Below are positions 1-10,326 of a stretch of 64,000 nt of DNA, piece by piece (position 1 is the first letter of the stretch; the number at the start of each line of letters is the position of its first letter). The stretch lies in the sequence record KJ190158. One strand, given 5' to 3'. The stretch is from Escherichia phage FFH2. Under the pieces are notes generated by a model that made no database searches, was not told the origin of the DNA, and saw only the letters and a program-made list of their open reading frames with translations. The position numbers and the translations under genes were made by a program.

Positions 1-479
1 CTGCTGAGCGTATTGACTGGATCTGCAAACAGGTCAGATATTATATCCACACGCATCACGTTGACACCGTGGTTATGGAAGGGCTTTCCTTTGGATCACG
101 CGGGGATGCCACACGTGAACTGGCTGGGTTGTTTTACGGTCTTGAAATTATGCTTTGGGATGCCTTAGCTGATTGTGAAAATGACGGCCTGTTTAAGGTC
201 CACACAGTGACACCAACAACTGCCAAAAAGTTTGCTCGTAGTCATCTTCCTGAAGAACTTGCTTTTGAGGAGAAGAAAAAGCTTGACAAAAAGACAGGTA
301 AAGAGCATACTGTGAAGAAACCTGTTACAATGGATAAAAAGTTGATGGTTAAGGCCTGCGAAGTATCTGAACCTGGGTTCCTAGACGGGATCAATTTGGT
401 ACAAGGTAAGGCCGATCTCGCAGATGCTTATTGGATAGGCAGGGCTCATCTGGAGGGATTATCGCAAAGCGTAAAATAA
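1..479 (+). CDS. RuvC-like Holliday junction resolvase, 5' end outside window
   Basis: Frame open to position 3; C-terminal GKADLADAYWIG resembles RuvC DAADALAIA acidic pair. Confidence 0.5.
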   Translation, partial: AERIDWICKQVRYYIHTHHVDTVVMEGLSFGSRGDATRELAGLFYGLEIMLWDALADCENDGLFKVHTVTPTTAKKFARSHLPEELAFEEKKKLDKKTGKEHTVKKPVTMDKKLMVKACEVSEPGFLDGINLVQGKADLADAYWIGRAHLEGLSQSVK

Positions 480-1036
480 GAAAGAAAGCTGTCAAAGCCC
501 CAGTTCATAACGGGTGGTTAAAAGATTCTAAGGACATAGCCAACTTTCGAAAAGAATTGTCAGAGGAGCAGGATGGTCTTGATCCGATCTTGTGCGAGCC
601 ACTTCGTAAGCCTTGTTTAGATCATGATCATCTGACTGGTCGTTGCAGGGGTGTTTTGTCTCAATGCACTAATACCTTTGAGGGGTATGTGCTTAAATAC
701 TGGATGAAATACTGTAACGAGTATACAGATTGCAGTTTATCAGAGGCGTTGCGCCGGATGGCTGACTATTTGGAGAAAGACTACAGCGACTTCCCGCTCC
801 ACAAAAACTACAGAGATGATATGACAAAGTTCTTGAGGAGATGCTCTAAAGCTACGATTATTGCACGAGCAGAATCAGATCTCAATCTTGTCATTGATCC
901 GGAGTGCACCAAGCATGAGGCTATTGAGTTCTACATGCAAGAGTTTATAAAGAAAACTGAGGAGAGAGATTTCTATGGGGATGAAAAAGGTATTCAATCC
1001 TTGCGACTCGGTCCTGATCAGGATGAAATACCGTAA
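431..1036 (+). CDS. Recombination endonuclease VII-like
   Basis: CLDHDHLTGRCRGVL..CTNTFEG matches T4 EndoVII core; start uncertain (TTG 431 overlaps upstream ORF, no ATG). Confidence 0.65.
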   Translation: MDRQGSSGGIIAKRKIRKKAVKAPVHNGWLKDSKDIANFRKELSEEQDGLDPILCEPLRKPCLDHDHLTGRCRGVLSQCTNTFEGYVLKYWMKYCNEYTDCSLSEALRRMADYLEKDYSDFPLHKNYRDDMTKFLRRCSKATIIARAESDLNLVIDPECTKHEAIEFYMQEFIKKTEERDFYGDEKGIQSLRLGPDQDEIP

Positions 1037-1196
1037 CTGGAAAGGTGTTGTTGCAGATCGCTGCGTTACTGAGCCTAATTTATGGTTTGGCTCTACAGAG
1101 TATCATAAAGAAGAGCAGTGGTTGATGCGTGCCTTCGATGTAGACAAGGGCGAATATCGTGACTTCGCTTTAAAAGACATTCTTCAGTTTTACTAA
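975..1196 (+). CDS. hypothetical protein
   Basis: ORF only; overlaps EndoVII end; start may be ATG 1023. Confidence 0.3.
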   Translation: MGMKKVFNPCDSVLIRMKYRNWKGVVADRCVTEPNLWFGSTEYHKEEQWLMRAFDVDKGEYRDFALKDILQFY

Positions 1197-1208
1197 GGAA
1201 TCTTAACG

Positions 1209-2192
1209 ATGATGACAAAGTTAACTCTTGAGCAAATTTTAACACTAAAGCAACAGGGATACACTAATAGACAAATTGCTCGTGAATTTTTAGGCCGTGA
1301 GTCACGTGAGAGCTGGATCCGACTGCAGCTTAAACGTGCACAAGAGAATATGTCAGAGATTGTAGGAGAAGCAACGGAGCGCTTCCTTGAAGAGCACAAA
1401 GGTGCTAAAGTTTGGGTGTATGATACAGAGACATCTCCAACAAACGGCTGGTTCTTTGGGCACTATAAGACCAACATTCAAACCTGCGGTATTGAAATTA
1501 TGCCATATATGCTAACTTTCGCAGGTAAGTGGTTAGACAGTCCTAGTGTGGTTGACTGCGCTCTTCCTGATTATAAAATGTGGAGCGAAGATATTCACAA
1601 TGATCTTGAATTGATTCAGGACTTGTGGTATTATCTTGATAAATGCGATGTAGCAGTAGCCCACAATTCAGGTTTTGACTGTGGGTGGGCCAACCAACGA
1701 TTTGCATTTCACGGGTTGCCTCCAACAAGCTCCTACAAAGAGGTTGACACCCTTAAAATGATCAAGAAGGCATTCCGTTTGAATGCAAACACTTTAGAGT
1801 ATGCATGCAAATACTTCCAACTGGCCCGACAGAAACTGATTGACCACACATTTGAAATGTGGATCAAGTGTGTCCATGGCGATCTTGAGGCATTTAAACA
1901 GATGCGGGAGTATAATGTTGGTGATATCCTGTCTCTGGAAGGCTTGTATTTGCTGGCTCGCCCGTTTGCTAAGCAGCACCCAAACATGTCATTGTACTAC
2001 CAGGACGAGGAGCCAAAGGTTCGTTGCCCACGCTGTGGTGGAGAACACCTTCACGAGGAAGAAGCTTTGGCGTATACTCAGCTGAGTGCATTTAAAACAT
2101 ACCGCTGCGAAGGTTGTGGATCTGTTGTTCGTGATCGTAACAACATCCGTACCAGAGAAGAGATGAAAAACACCCTGATTCAGATAATCTAA
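1209..2192 (+). CDS. DEDD-family 3'-5' exonuclease (DnaQ-like)
   Basis: Exo motifs VYDTETS, AHNSGFDCGW, YNVGD. Confidence 0.65.
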   Translation: MMTKLTLEQILTLKQQGYTNRQIAREFLGRESRESWIRLQLKRAQENMSEIVGEATERFLEEHKGAKVWVYDTETSPTNGWFFGHYKTNIQTCGIEIMPYMLTFAGKWLDSPSVVDCALPDYKMWSEDIHNDLELIQDLWYYLDKCDVAVAHNSGFDCGWANQRFAFHGLPPTSSYKEVDTLKMIKKAFRLNANTLEYACKYFQLARQKLIDHTFEMWIKCVHGDLEAFKQMREYNVGDILSLEGLYLLARPFAKQHPNMSLYYQDEEPKVRCPRCGGEHLHEEEALAYTQLSAFKTYRCEGCGSVVRDRNNIRTREEMKNTLIQII

Positions 2193-2198
2193 CAAGTA

Positions 2199-2228
2199 GA
2201 GGGAGGCTTGCGCCTCCCTTTTCCTTTT
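2199..2228 (+). terminator. Intrinsic terminator hairpin gggaggc-ttgc-gcctccc plus T-tract
   Basis: Perfect 7-bp stem followed by ttttcctttt directly after exonuclease stop. Confidence 0.6.
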
Positions 2229-2237
2229 GGAGGCACT

Positions 2238-3056
2238 TTGAGCAAGAAAGAGTCTAACGACAAATACTACACAAACCCTGAGTATGCAGAATATCTTGTT
2301 GGTAGAGTAAAAGACAAGTATGGGAATTGTGCATACGTTGAGCCTTCTGCTGGAAGGGGTTCTTTTTCAAAACTATTTTCAGAGATACTGTCGTACGATC
2401 TAGTACCAGATCCTGAATTTGAAGGACCAACACCGTGCATTCAGGCAAACTTCTTGGAGGTGCATCCCAAGGCAGATGTCTTCATAGGTAACCCACCATT
2501 TGGCAAGAATTCATCTTTAGCTTGCAAATTCTTTAACCATTGTGCATCGTTGCTAGATCTTGGCGGGGCTATAGCCTTCATCTTGCCACGGACATTTGAA
2601 AAAATATTTTTTGCAAACAAACTGGACATGTCTATGCACCTTGTCTACAGCGAAAGGTGCCCTAAGAACTCGTTTTTACTTAATGGCAAACCTTATGACG
2701 TGCCATGTGTTTTCCAAATTTGGGAGAAAAAGGCGTGCAATAGGGATCCTGTAGAGATTGGAGAGAATAGGTTATTTTCTTTTAGCACACCAGATGACTA
2801 CGACTTCTGTGTAAGACGTGTTGGGTATAATGCTGGAAAAGTATTGGGTGATGATGACCCAAAATCTAAAGAATCTACATATTTCATAAAATCTTTAGTT
2901 GACGGTGTTGACAGAGTGTTTGCTGAATGCTATTCTTCTTTTCAAGAAGAAGCAGGTAAGACTGCTGGAATGAAGAGTATAGGCAAGAAAGAACTACAAT
3001 ACATTTTGGAGACCCGGTATGATCAAAAGTATAGACTTGACCAAAGAACTTACTGA
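2238..3056 (+). CDS. DNA N6-adenine methyltransferase, gamma-class
   Basis: Motifs YYTNPEY, VEPSAGRGSF, IGNPPFG; TTG 2238 after GGAGG; table start 2208 lies inside terminator hairpin. Confidence 0.7.
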   Translation: MSKKESNDKYYTNPEYAEYLVGRVKDKYGNCAYVEPSAGRGSFSKLFSEILSYDLVPDPEFEGPTPCIQANFLEVHPKADVFIGNPPFGKNSSLACKFFNHCASLLDLGGAIAFILPRTFEKIFFANKLDMSMHLVYSERCPKNSFLLNGKPYDVPCVFQIWEKKACNRDPVEIGENRLFSFSTPDDYDFCVRRVGYNAGKVLGDDDPKSKESTYFIKSLVDGVDRVFAECYSSFQEEAGKTAGMKSIGKKELQYILETRYDQKYRLDQRTY

Positions 3057-3477
3057 TGCAAAAGCTTTTGGTGAGACAGCAGTACAAAGGGGGCAGGCGA
3101 TGGGACTGGCACTACCTTTCGTCTTAAAAGAGCACTTTACAGATTTTCAACTTATCAAGGGTGATAAGGGAATGCTTATCCTGGAGCATAAGTTGAGTAA
3201 GAAACGCTATAAAGTTGTTTTTAATTCTAAAGCTCCAACAAAACTGGGATTCAGAACTTACAATCTTAACCCATCCTACACTAAGGGTGTTGGAAGGGTA
3301 GAACAACAGCATTTCAGTGCCAGAGCTTCTTTAGCCCCTTTGATGCTAAATTTCTCAGGGGTGGCTTTAGGATACCTTGATAAGAAAAGAGTTCTTCATG
3401 TCCGTTTCACAGACTTTGTAACGCTCTTAGCTAACAACGAGGTTGATGAAAAGGGACGTGTAAAAACAAACTTCTAA
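3019..3477 (+). CDS. hypothetical protein
   Basis: ATG with GGAG upstream; no recognised domain. Confidence 0.45.
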   Translation: MIKSIDLTKELTDAKAFGETAVQRGQAMGLALPFVLKEHFTDFQLIKGDKGMLILEHKLSKKRYKVVFNSKAPTKLGFRTYNLNPSYTKGVGRVEQQHFSARASLAPLMLNFSGVALGYLDKKRVLHVRFTDFVTLLANNEVDEKGRVKTNF

Positions 3478-3504
3478 TAACGCATAGTATGATTGGAGAC
3501 CGAA

Positions 3505-3696
3505 ATGACACTAAAGTTAACAATTCCAGACAGCTTTTCAGAAAACTTTATCCCAGAAATGATGAGTAAGATGCGATCATTGCTTGATCAGATTGAGGAG
3601 GCTGTTTGGGAAGACGATGCTGTAGTGGCTAACGAGCTGGTAGATAAGTGTAAAAGTATTATTGATGCAGTTGAAGAATACCACGGAGGTTTTTGA
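3505..3696 (+). CDS. hypothetical small acidic protein
   Basis: ATG 3505 preceded by ggagac; table TTG 3493 less likely. Confidence 0.4.
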   Translation: MTLKLTIPDSFSENFIPEMMSKMRSLLDQIEEAVWEDDAVVANELVDKCKSIIDAVEEYHGGF

Positions 3697-4310
3697 TGGA
3701 TATTATTGTTCTTAACGCCCCACCCAGCAGTGGTAAGGATCACATTGCAGATCTCTTGTTGGAAGCTATTCCTAACTCACACCACCGCGAGGTTAAGGAG
3801 ATGCTCTTTAGTGTGGCAATTAAGGCAGCTGGTGTAACTCCTCAACTCTGGAATGCACTTTATGACCGCCACTACAAAGAAGAGCCTTGCCCTTTCTTAA
3901 TGATAGACGGCAAGCATGTTTCTCCGCGAGAATGGATGATCCATTGTAGTGAAAATCTGATTAAACCTATCTTTGGTGAAGATGCTTTCGGTAAAGCCGC
4001 AGTCGCATCTTTGAAGAAAGATTTCCCTAAAGGTAAAGGGGTTGTTGTTTACTCCGATGGTGGATTCAAAGAGGAGCTGGCATGCCTTAGCGAGTACGCA
4101 TACAGCACAGGTGGAGATCTGTTGTTGTTCCGTATTCACCGTGTCGGATATGACTGGGGAAATGATTCCAGAACCTATCTAAGTCTGGAAAAGAACGGAA
4201 TAAAAGGAATTGAGTTTGATGTTGTAAACCCTGAAGGTGCACCTTGGGAATGTGCATCGGAGATTGTGTGCAAGTATATTGATGCTAAAGAGGCCCAAGA
4301 AGAATGTTAA
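3696..4310 (+). CDS. P-loop kinase, putative deoxynucleoside monophosphate kinase
   Basis: N-terminal LNAPPSSGKDHIADL P-loop like T4 dNMP kinase; ATG 3696 after GGAGG. Confidence 0.5.
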   Translation: MDIIVLNAPPSSGKDHIADLLLEAIPNSHHREVKEMLFSVAIKAAGVTPQLWNALYDRHYKEEPCPFLMIDGKHVSPREWMIHCSENLIKPIFGEDAFGKAAVASLKKDFPKGKGVVVYSDGGFKEELACLSEYAYSTGGDLLLFRIHRVGYDWGNDSRTYLSLEKNGIKGIEFDVVNPEGAPWECASEIVCKYIDAKEAQEEC

Positions 4311-4897
4311 TCGGAATTGATGTAGATTTGACACTGGTAGATTCAGGAACAGCATGGTGGGAGTGGTTGGAGCGTTTGTATGGTCCAGCCAGTAAGACAG
4401 TCGCTAAACCTTCTAATGGACTGATGTATTACGATCTGTCAAAGTATTGGCCTGATCGCCCCAAAGAAAACATCATAGGGCCTTTTGATTTCTGGAGTGA
4501 CCCATTCCTCTACGACTTTCTTAAGCCTGAAGAGGGGGCTATTGAGGTTATGAAAGATTTGGTGGCTCGTGGTCACAAGCTTGCATTTATCTCGGTATGC
4601 AAGAAAGGTCACCTTGCATCTAAATCAAGGTTCTTAAAGCGTTGGACCAGTGATTTTATGGATCTGGACGATCACACCCAGGGTCACGGCTTCTACGCCA
4701 CACATTTCAAAGGAAATGTGGCTGTAGATGTTATAATTGACGACAGGCATGAATACCTTAACCAATTCGCTTCACGACCTGAAGTTATTAAAATCCTAAA
4801 AGATACGCCTTATGAGCAATTCGAGGAGTTAAAGGTCAGTGTTGACTATACCGCTAATAGTTGGTATAAAATAGGAAAGTTTTTAGAAGGTATTTGA
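4304..4897 (+). CDS. HAD-family 5'(3')-deoxyribonucleotidase-like
   Basis: N-terminal GIDVDLTLVD DxD motif typical of HAD nucleotidases. Confidence 0.55.
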   Translation: MLIGIDVDLTLVDSGTAWWEWLERLYGPASKTVAKPSNGLMYYDLSKYWPDRPKENIIGPFDFWSDPFLYDFLKPEEGAIEVMKDLVARGHKLAFISVCKKGHLASKSRFLKRWTSDFMDLDDHTQGHGFYATHFKGNVAVDVIIDDRHEYLNQFASRPEVIKILKDTPYEQFEELKVSVDYTANSWYKIGKFLEGI

Positions 4898-4898
4898 A

Positions 4899-5099
4899 AT
4901 GGGCAGATGTTCTAAAGGTGGCGATCCTGTAGTCAGATACGGTGACTGGCTGGAGGTATATGATCTGGGGGGTAAGCTAGTGTATGCCTCCAGGATCACC
5001 CAAGATATGTGCTCTGATATGTTTAACAGATACCTTGCATTTAAGGCCAATATAAACCCAGACGAAATTTCCAAAATTAAAACAAGGAGAGCTAAATAA
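4899..5099 (+). CDS. hypothetical protein
   Basis: ORF only. Confidence 0.4.
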   Translation: MGRCSKGGDPVVRYGDWLEVYDLGGKLVYASRITQDMCSDMFNRYLAFKANINPDEISKIKTRRAK

Positions 5100-6082
5100 T
5101 GCTAAAACTGTGCACTGCAAAGATCATTGCTGACAGCATTTCCGAGAAAGGTAAGCGTATCACCACTTTTGAACTAGAGTATCCTCGAATTATTCACTCA
5201 GAGCTTATGACGCACCGAGTATTCAGCCGAAACGCCATGTCTTCCCGTGCAGTGCCTGTCGGCAAGATGCTGCAGCAGATTGTGGAGAATCCGGCAATGC
5301 CAGTTCGCTTCGGTGTAAATAAGCGAGGGATGGAAGATGGTGGGGAACACGATCAAAAGATCCGTGTAGAGTACACTGACATGGAGCTAACCCCTGAAGA
5401 GTTTTGGAAAGAAGCTGCAAAAAACGCCGCTTGGCATGCAGAGAAGTTCGCCCTTGCTGGTTACCATAAACAAGTATGTAACCGCTTAGTGGAGCCGTTT
5501 CAGCGCATGAAAACAGTTGTAACAAGCACAGAGTGGAATAATTTTTTCCATCTCCGTTGCTGGCACGATGCGGATCCTACGATTCAGATGTTGGCTAATT
5601 GTATGTGGGAAGCTCTTGTGAATAGCACTCCTGAAATCCTTAAACCAGGTCAATGGCACACTCCATATGTAGAGCACGTTTATTTGGACGGAGAGTTTAA
5701 CTACGCTGTACGTGACACAGAAGGAAAGCTCTGCATTCTTGATACTAAAGAAGCTCTGTCTATTAGTGCTAGTTGCTGTGCACAAGTATCTTATCGAAAT
5801 ATTGACAGCACGTTTGAAAAGGCAGACAGTGTGGCTAAAAAATTGATTGGTGGGGATCGTATTCATGCAAGCCCTTACGAACACCAGGCAACACCTATGG
5901 ATCATGATAACGCAATGGAACGTTTAAACTACTACCTATCTTCATGTGAAATCACACAAGACATTAGTACTTGGCAGGAAGGTGTAACCCATCAAGACCG
6001 TGATGGTAAATTCTGGTCTGCCAACTTTTGTGGGTGGGTTCAGCACAGACAACTGCTTAATAACCACTTCGTGAAAGGTTAA
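5099..6082 (+). CDS. thyX: Flavin-dependent thymidylate synthase ThyX-like
   Basis: THRVFSRNAMSSRA matches ThyX RHRxxSxNxxSxR signature; RBS aaggaga. Confidence 0.6.
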   Translation: MLKLCTAKIIADSISEKGKRITTFELEYPRIIHSELMTHRVFSRNAMSSRAVPVGKMLQQIVENPAMPVRFGVNKRGMEDGGEHDQKIRVEYTDMELTPEEFWKEAAKNAAWHAEKFALAGYHKQVCNRLVEPFQRMKTVVTSTEWNNFFHLRCWHDADPTIQMLANCMWEALVNSTPEILKPGQWHTPYVEHVYLDGEFNYAVRDTEGKLCILDTKEALSISASCCAQVSYRNIDSTFEKADSVAKKLIGGDRIHASPYEHQATPMDHDNAMERLNYYLSSCEITQDISTWQEGVTHQDRDGKFWSANFCGWVQHRQLLNNHFVKG

Positions 6083-6111
6083 TCCTATCACAGCGATAGG
6101 TAACTTTTGTG

Positions 6112-6140
6112 TTGACTAATAGTATCAGATAATCTATAAT
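6112..6140 (+). promoter_or_regulatory. sigma70-type promoter TTGACT-N17-TATAAT
   Basis: Near-consensus -35 and -10 hexamers with 17-bp spacer, upstream of ATG 6181. Confidence 0.6.
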
Positions 6141-6180
6141 AATGGCTCACTTTGTTGGTGAGCCAGAAATGGAGACAGAT

Positions 6181-6642
6181 ATGAGTAATGTTATGATTCC
6201 TAAAAAGACATTTATTTCAGTTACTTTAGATTTCCTAGCTACCGTCCCTGGGTTTAACGTTCGCACACGAAACGGTCTCCGAGCTGCACTCTTCGCCGTA
6301 GGGTTTGATTTAAAAAATATTGATGTTCTTCGTGGAAAAAACGTTAGATGCAAAAATAAGCCAACCCATTATCGAAAGGCAGATGTATTTGCTGGTGTCA
6401 TGCGTGCAGACTTTAGATACCCACAAATGTATAACGGTGTAGATATTTTAGATGTAGATAAAGCACCTGGTGAGGCAATGCTTGTTCAAGATCTTCCGTA
6501 TGATATCCCTGTAGAGGATCGTGTTAATGTAAGAAAGTATACAAAACAATCTGAAAAGGCTGAAGATATTCATATTGTTGATGAACCTTTCAATTTTGAA
6601 GATCTGCATCGCCTAGAAAAATTATTCGGTATTGAAAGCTAA
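6181..6642 (+). CDS. hypothetical protein
   Basis: ATG 6181 with ggagaca RBS downstream of promoter; earlier ATGs lie upstream of predicted transcript start. Confidence 0.5.
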   Translation: MSNVMIPKKTFISVTLDFLATVPGFNVRTRNGLRAALFAVGFDLKNIDVLRGKNVRCKNKPTHYRKADVFAGVMRADFRYPQMYNGVDILDVDKAPGEAMLVQDLPYDIPVEDRVNVRKYTKQSEKAEDIHIVDEPFNFEDLHRLEKLFGIES

Positions 6643-6652
6643 GGTGGTGAAG

Positions 6653-6883
6653 ATGAGTCATAACTCCAAGTGGAAGGATCTTGGTTTTGCAAGTCGGGCA
6701 GAATATGTTGGCTGGCTTTGGTTCAACGGCCTGACAAACGATATTAAAATGTATGATGATGTTTATTATGACGAGTATACAGGTAAAATTATAAATATCT
6801 CTGTAGAAGAGGATACCTTTGTCCAGCAAGATACTGATACCTGCCTTGATAAATACGTTAATGAAGCGGAGGAAGCAAATTGA
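6653..6883 (+). CDS. hypothetical protein
   Basis: ATG 6653 after aaggtgg RBS. Confidence 0.45.
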   Translation: MSHNSKWKDLGFASRAEYVGWLWFNGLTNDIKMYDDVYYDEYTGKIINISVEEDTFVQQDTDTCLDKYVNEAEEAN

Positions 6884-9195
6884 TCACCAAGGTAATTAAA
6901 AGCAACGGATGTGAAGTGGCATTCGATCCAGAACGTTTAAATAAGGCAGCTATTTTCGGTGACGACGGTAACGGCAATTGGTCACACATTGCACTGGATG
7001 CATACAAACGACTGTATGATGGATGTACAACCAAAGAAGTTAACCAAGCTATCATAGACTCCTGTGTTAGCCGTAAAGACGAAGCACATTCCCGTATGGC
7101 TGGTCGTGTTCTTATTGGTCAGATTTATAAAGAGGCTTTTGGAGGGTTTACAAAGATCCCTTCCTTACCATCATTCTACAATACCATGGTTGAGAAAGGG
7201 TATTGGGAGGATATGGGCTATAGCTTTACCGAGCTAAACACTTTAGACGCTGTTATTGACCACAGTAAAGATCTCGGTTATGGCTATGCAGTCCTTAAAC
7301 AGTTTCGCGACAAATACGGGATCAAGGATACTCTTAAAGACACCTTGTTTGAATCTCCCCAGATGATGTTTATGGGGATAGCAATGGCTGTCATGAAGAA
7401 TATGCCGAAAGAACGTCGTATCAACGATGTTGTAAAATTATACACTTATCTGTCCGACTTAAAGATCAATGCCCCGACACCGTACTTAAACGGGCTGCGC
7501 ACAGGTAAGACAGGGTATGCATCTTGTTGTGTAATAAAAGCTGATGATACAGCAAAATCTATTGGTGTGGCACGTGAAGTTGCGTACACAATGACGGTTA
7601 ACCAAGCAGGTATCGGCTACTATTTATCATCAAGATCTGCAGGCGATGGTGTTCGTGGTAACACTATTAAACACATGGGTAAGATTCCATATTATCGAGG
7701 TATTGATGCTGGGGTTAAGGAGAACAGACAACAATCACGTGGCGGTTCTGCAACAGTATCATTCCTTGCACTAGACCCGCAGATTGATGAGCTAATCCGT
7801 TTGAGAAACCCTATGACTGTTGCTTCAAAAAGAATCAACACCATGGACTACTCTATAGGTATTAATAGGTCGTTTATCAACCGTGTGGCTAAGAATTTAG
7901 ATTGGATGCTTGTTTCTTATAAGCACGCGCCTCAACTGCATGAAGGTATCTTCACCATGTCTATGGAGGAGTTTGATGCAGAGGTTGATCGTATCGCTAA
8001 AGATGACAGTATTCCTAAAACATGGATCCGAGCTAGAGATCTTGCTGTTGAACTGCTCACGCAGCGTATTGAGGTTGGAAGGCTGTTCGTATACTGGACA
8101 GACGAGATGAATAGACATACACCTTTTAAAGATGTGATCTATTCAAGTAACCTGTGTGCAGAAATAGCCCTCCCGACAAAAGGCTATTCAGATATGCGTA
8201 ATATCTTCAAGCACGATGTTGATGATGGCGAAGTTGCATTGTGCTTCCTGTCATCACTTGTAGCTGGAAGGGTTACCCCAGAGGAGTATGAGGATGTTGC
8301 ATATTACACGGTGCTTATGATTGACAATGTTATGGAAATCATGACATATCCGTATGAAAATATGGAGAGCACTGTTAAAAAACGCAGATCCATCGGAGTT
8401 GGCCTTACCAATGTTGCACATTTTATTGCCAGCCACAAGGTTACTTACGGATCTCCTGAAAGTAAACAGCTTGTTCACGATCTTGCAGAACTTCACAGCT
8501 ACAGCTTGCATAAGGCAAGTTTACGGTTGGCAAAAGAGCGTGGTGTCTGCGAGTGGATGCATAAAACAAAATATCCAGAAGGTTGGTTACCAATCGACAC
8601 CTATAACAAAGAGGTCGATAGCGTGGTGAAAGATCCTTCTCTTAAACAGGATTGGGAAGGGTTACGTAAAGAAATCATTGAAAATGGTGGGCTACGTAAT
8701 AGCGTTCTTGAAGCATATATGCCTAATGAAAGCTCTTCGCTGGCAACAAACACCACTAATGGGGTTTATCCTGTCCGTGAGCACATTATCTTTAAAAAAT
8801 CGCCACAAGGGCAGGTGCTGTTTATCGTTCCTGACTATGATGAGTTGAAAGAGTATTACACCTCGGCTTGGGACGTTGATACTAACGACATGATCGATAT
8901 GTATGCTGTGATTCAAAAATTCACAGGTCAGGCAATCAGCGCGGATTTATACATAGACTACACCAAGTTGAAAGATGGTAAAATTTCAATGAAGGAGCAG
9001 CTAGGGTATCTTATCCGTGCCACTAAATTCGGGATGAAGACATGGTATTATTTAAACTCCAGGGTTGGTGCTGGTGACTCCTTGGCAGAGGAACTTCATG
9101 CCAAGAAACAGGCTGAAGATGAAACCAGAAAGAACTATCCTTTGATTGCAGATAGTTCAGTTGAAGATCCGTATTGCGAAAGTTGTGCACTATAA
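6880..9195 (+). CDS. nrdA: Ribonucleotide reductase class Ia large subunit
   Basis: 771 aa; N-terminal ATP-cone; NLCAEIALP active-site region; TTG start after GGAGG. Confidence 0.9.
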   Translation: MITKVIKSNGCEVAFDPERLNKAAIFGDDGNGNWSHIALDAYKRLYDGCTTKEVNQAIIDSCVSRKDEAHSRMAGRVLIGQIYKEAFGGFTKIPSLPSFYNTMVEKGYWEDMGYSFTELNTLDAVIDHSKDLGYGYAVLKQFRDKYGIKDTLKDTLFESPQMMFMGIAMAVMKNMPKERRINDVVKLYTYLSDLKINAPTPYLNGLRTGKTGYASCCVIKADDTAKSIGVAREVAYTMTVNQAGIGYYLSSRSAGDGVRGNTIKHMGKIPYYRGIDAGVKENRQQSRGGSATVSFLALDPQIDELIRLRNPMTVASKRINTMDYSIGINRSFINRVAKNLDWMLVSYKHAPQLHEGIFTMSMEEFDAEVDRIAKDDSIPKTWIRARDLAVELLTQRIEVGRLFVYWTDEMNRHTPFKDVIYSSNLCAEIALPTKGYSDMRNIFKHDVDDGEVALCFLSSLVAGRVTPEEYEDVAYYTVLMIDNVMEIMTYPYENMESTVKKRRSIGVGLTNVAHFIASHKVTYGSPESKQLVHDLAELHSYSLHKASLRLAKERGVCEWMHKTKYPEGWLPIDTYNKEVDSVVKDPSLKQDWEGLRKEIIENGGLRNSVLEAYMPNESSSLATNTTNGVYPVREHIIFKKSPQGQVLFIVPDYDELKEYYTSAWDVDTNDMIDMYAVIQKFTGQAISADLYIDYTKLKDGKISMKEQLGYLIRATKFGMKTWYYLNSRVGAGDSLAEELHAKKQAEDETRKNYPLIADSSVEDPYCESCAL

Positions 9196-9202
9196 TTTTA
9201 AA

Positions 9203-9222
9203 GGGGCTTCGGCCCCATTTTA
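9203..9222 (+). terminator. Intrinsic terminator ggggc-ttcg-gcccc plus attttag
   Basis: GC stem-loop and T-run immediately after nrdA stop. Confidence 0.6.
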
Positions 9223-9234
9223 GAGGTTAGAATA

Positions 9235-10323
9235 ATGGCTGTATTTAATGCTGAGAACACCGCTCATAAAACTGGTGACTATCCGCTGTTTCTAGGACAG
9301 CAAATGGGTATGTACGACTCTATCAACAAAAAATATCCACAACTGTTTGAACTATACAAAAAACAAAAAGAACAAGACTGGGCAGAGGATGAAGTGGATT
9401 TGTCGCAATCTATTTCAGATTTTGTAACATGCTCCAAGTCAACTTATGATGTGATGGTGCAGACCTTGATGTGGCAATGGGAGGCTGATAGCGTTGCGGC
9501 AAGATCGATCATCTGCCTCTTTTCACCATTCATCACTAATAGTGAGCTTTTCACTCTATTGATGAAACAGTCAGAGATTGAAGTTCTTCACGCACTAACT
9601 TACTCAGAGATTGTTAGACAATGCCTCCCCAATGCCCGTGAGATTATAGAAGAGATTCAGGAAAACCAAAACGTTCTGAGCAGATCTGGCGTTATTGTCA
9701 AATACATGCAAGAGCTTGAGGTTATTGGTGCAAAATACCGACTGGATCCTTCTAGTGTTAAAGAAGATATTGTGCGGAAATGCATTCTTAGAGCGCTTTT
9801 TGCACTTTTAGCCCTGGAAAGTATTGAGTTTATTGCAAGTTTTGCATGCACTTTCGCAGTAGCTGAACAGGGTATTTTTGTTCAGGTGGCGCAGCTTGTT
9901 CAAAAAATCATGCTTGACGAAATGCTACACTCGAAAGGTGATTTTGCCATCATTGATATCCTGCTTAATGATCCGGCATGGGAGAAAAGCTTCCTTGAGA
10001 TAAAAGGGGAGTTAAAAGAGATTCTTGATGAAGTACGAACCAAAGAGTACGGTTGGAGTGACTATATTTTCAGCGAAGGAAGAGCGATTATAGGTCTTAA
10101 CTCACCGTTGCTTAAAGAATGGGTTGACTATAACTGCTCACCAATTTATGATTACTATGGCATCGACAAAGACTTTGTGCCGCCAACAAAGGACCCTCTA
10201 CCGTTTATGCAGGTGTGGATGAAACCTTCATTGCAACAGACGGCGAACCAAGAAATGTCGAACACTGACTACCGCGTCAACACAACTGTTAACGACGCTG
10301 AAGAAGAAATTTGGGAGTTTTAA
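9235..10323 (+). CDS. nrdB: Ribonucleotide reductase class Ia small subunit
   Basis: 362 aa directly downstream of nrdA, R2-like length and composition. Confidence 0.8.
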   Translation: MAVFNAENTAHKTGDYPLFLGQQMGMYDSINKKYPQLFELYKKQKEQDWAEDEVDLSQSISDFVTCSKSTYDVMVQTLMWQWEADSVAARSIICLFSPFITNSELFTLLMKQSEIEVLHALTYSEIVRQCLPNAREIIEEIQENQNVLSRSGVIVKYMQELEVIGAKYRLDPSSVKEDIVRKCILRALFALLALESIEFIASFACTFAVAEQGIFVQVAQLVQKIMLDEMLHSKGDFAIIDILLNDPAWEKSFLEIKGELKEILDEVRTKEYGWSDYIFSEGRAIIGLNSPLLKEWVDYNCSPIYDYYGIDKDFVPPTKDPLPFMQVWMKPSLQQTANQEMSNTDYRVNTTVNDAEEEIWEF

Positions 10324-10326
10324 TAT

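Noticed and set aside
2208-2237. ORF-track TTG start at 2208 for the gamma-class methyltransferase
   Set aside because: The codon lies in the loop of the terminator hairpin 2201-2218; TTG 2238 after GGAGG is more plausible.
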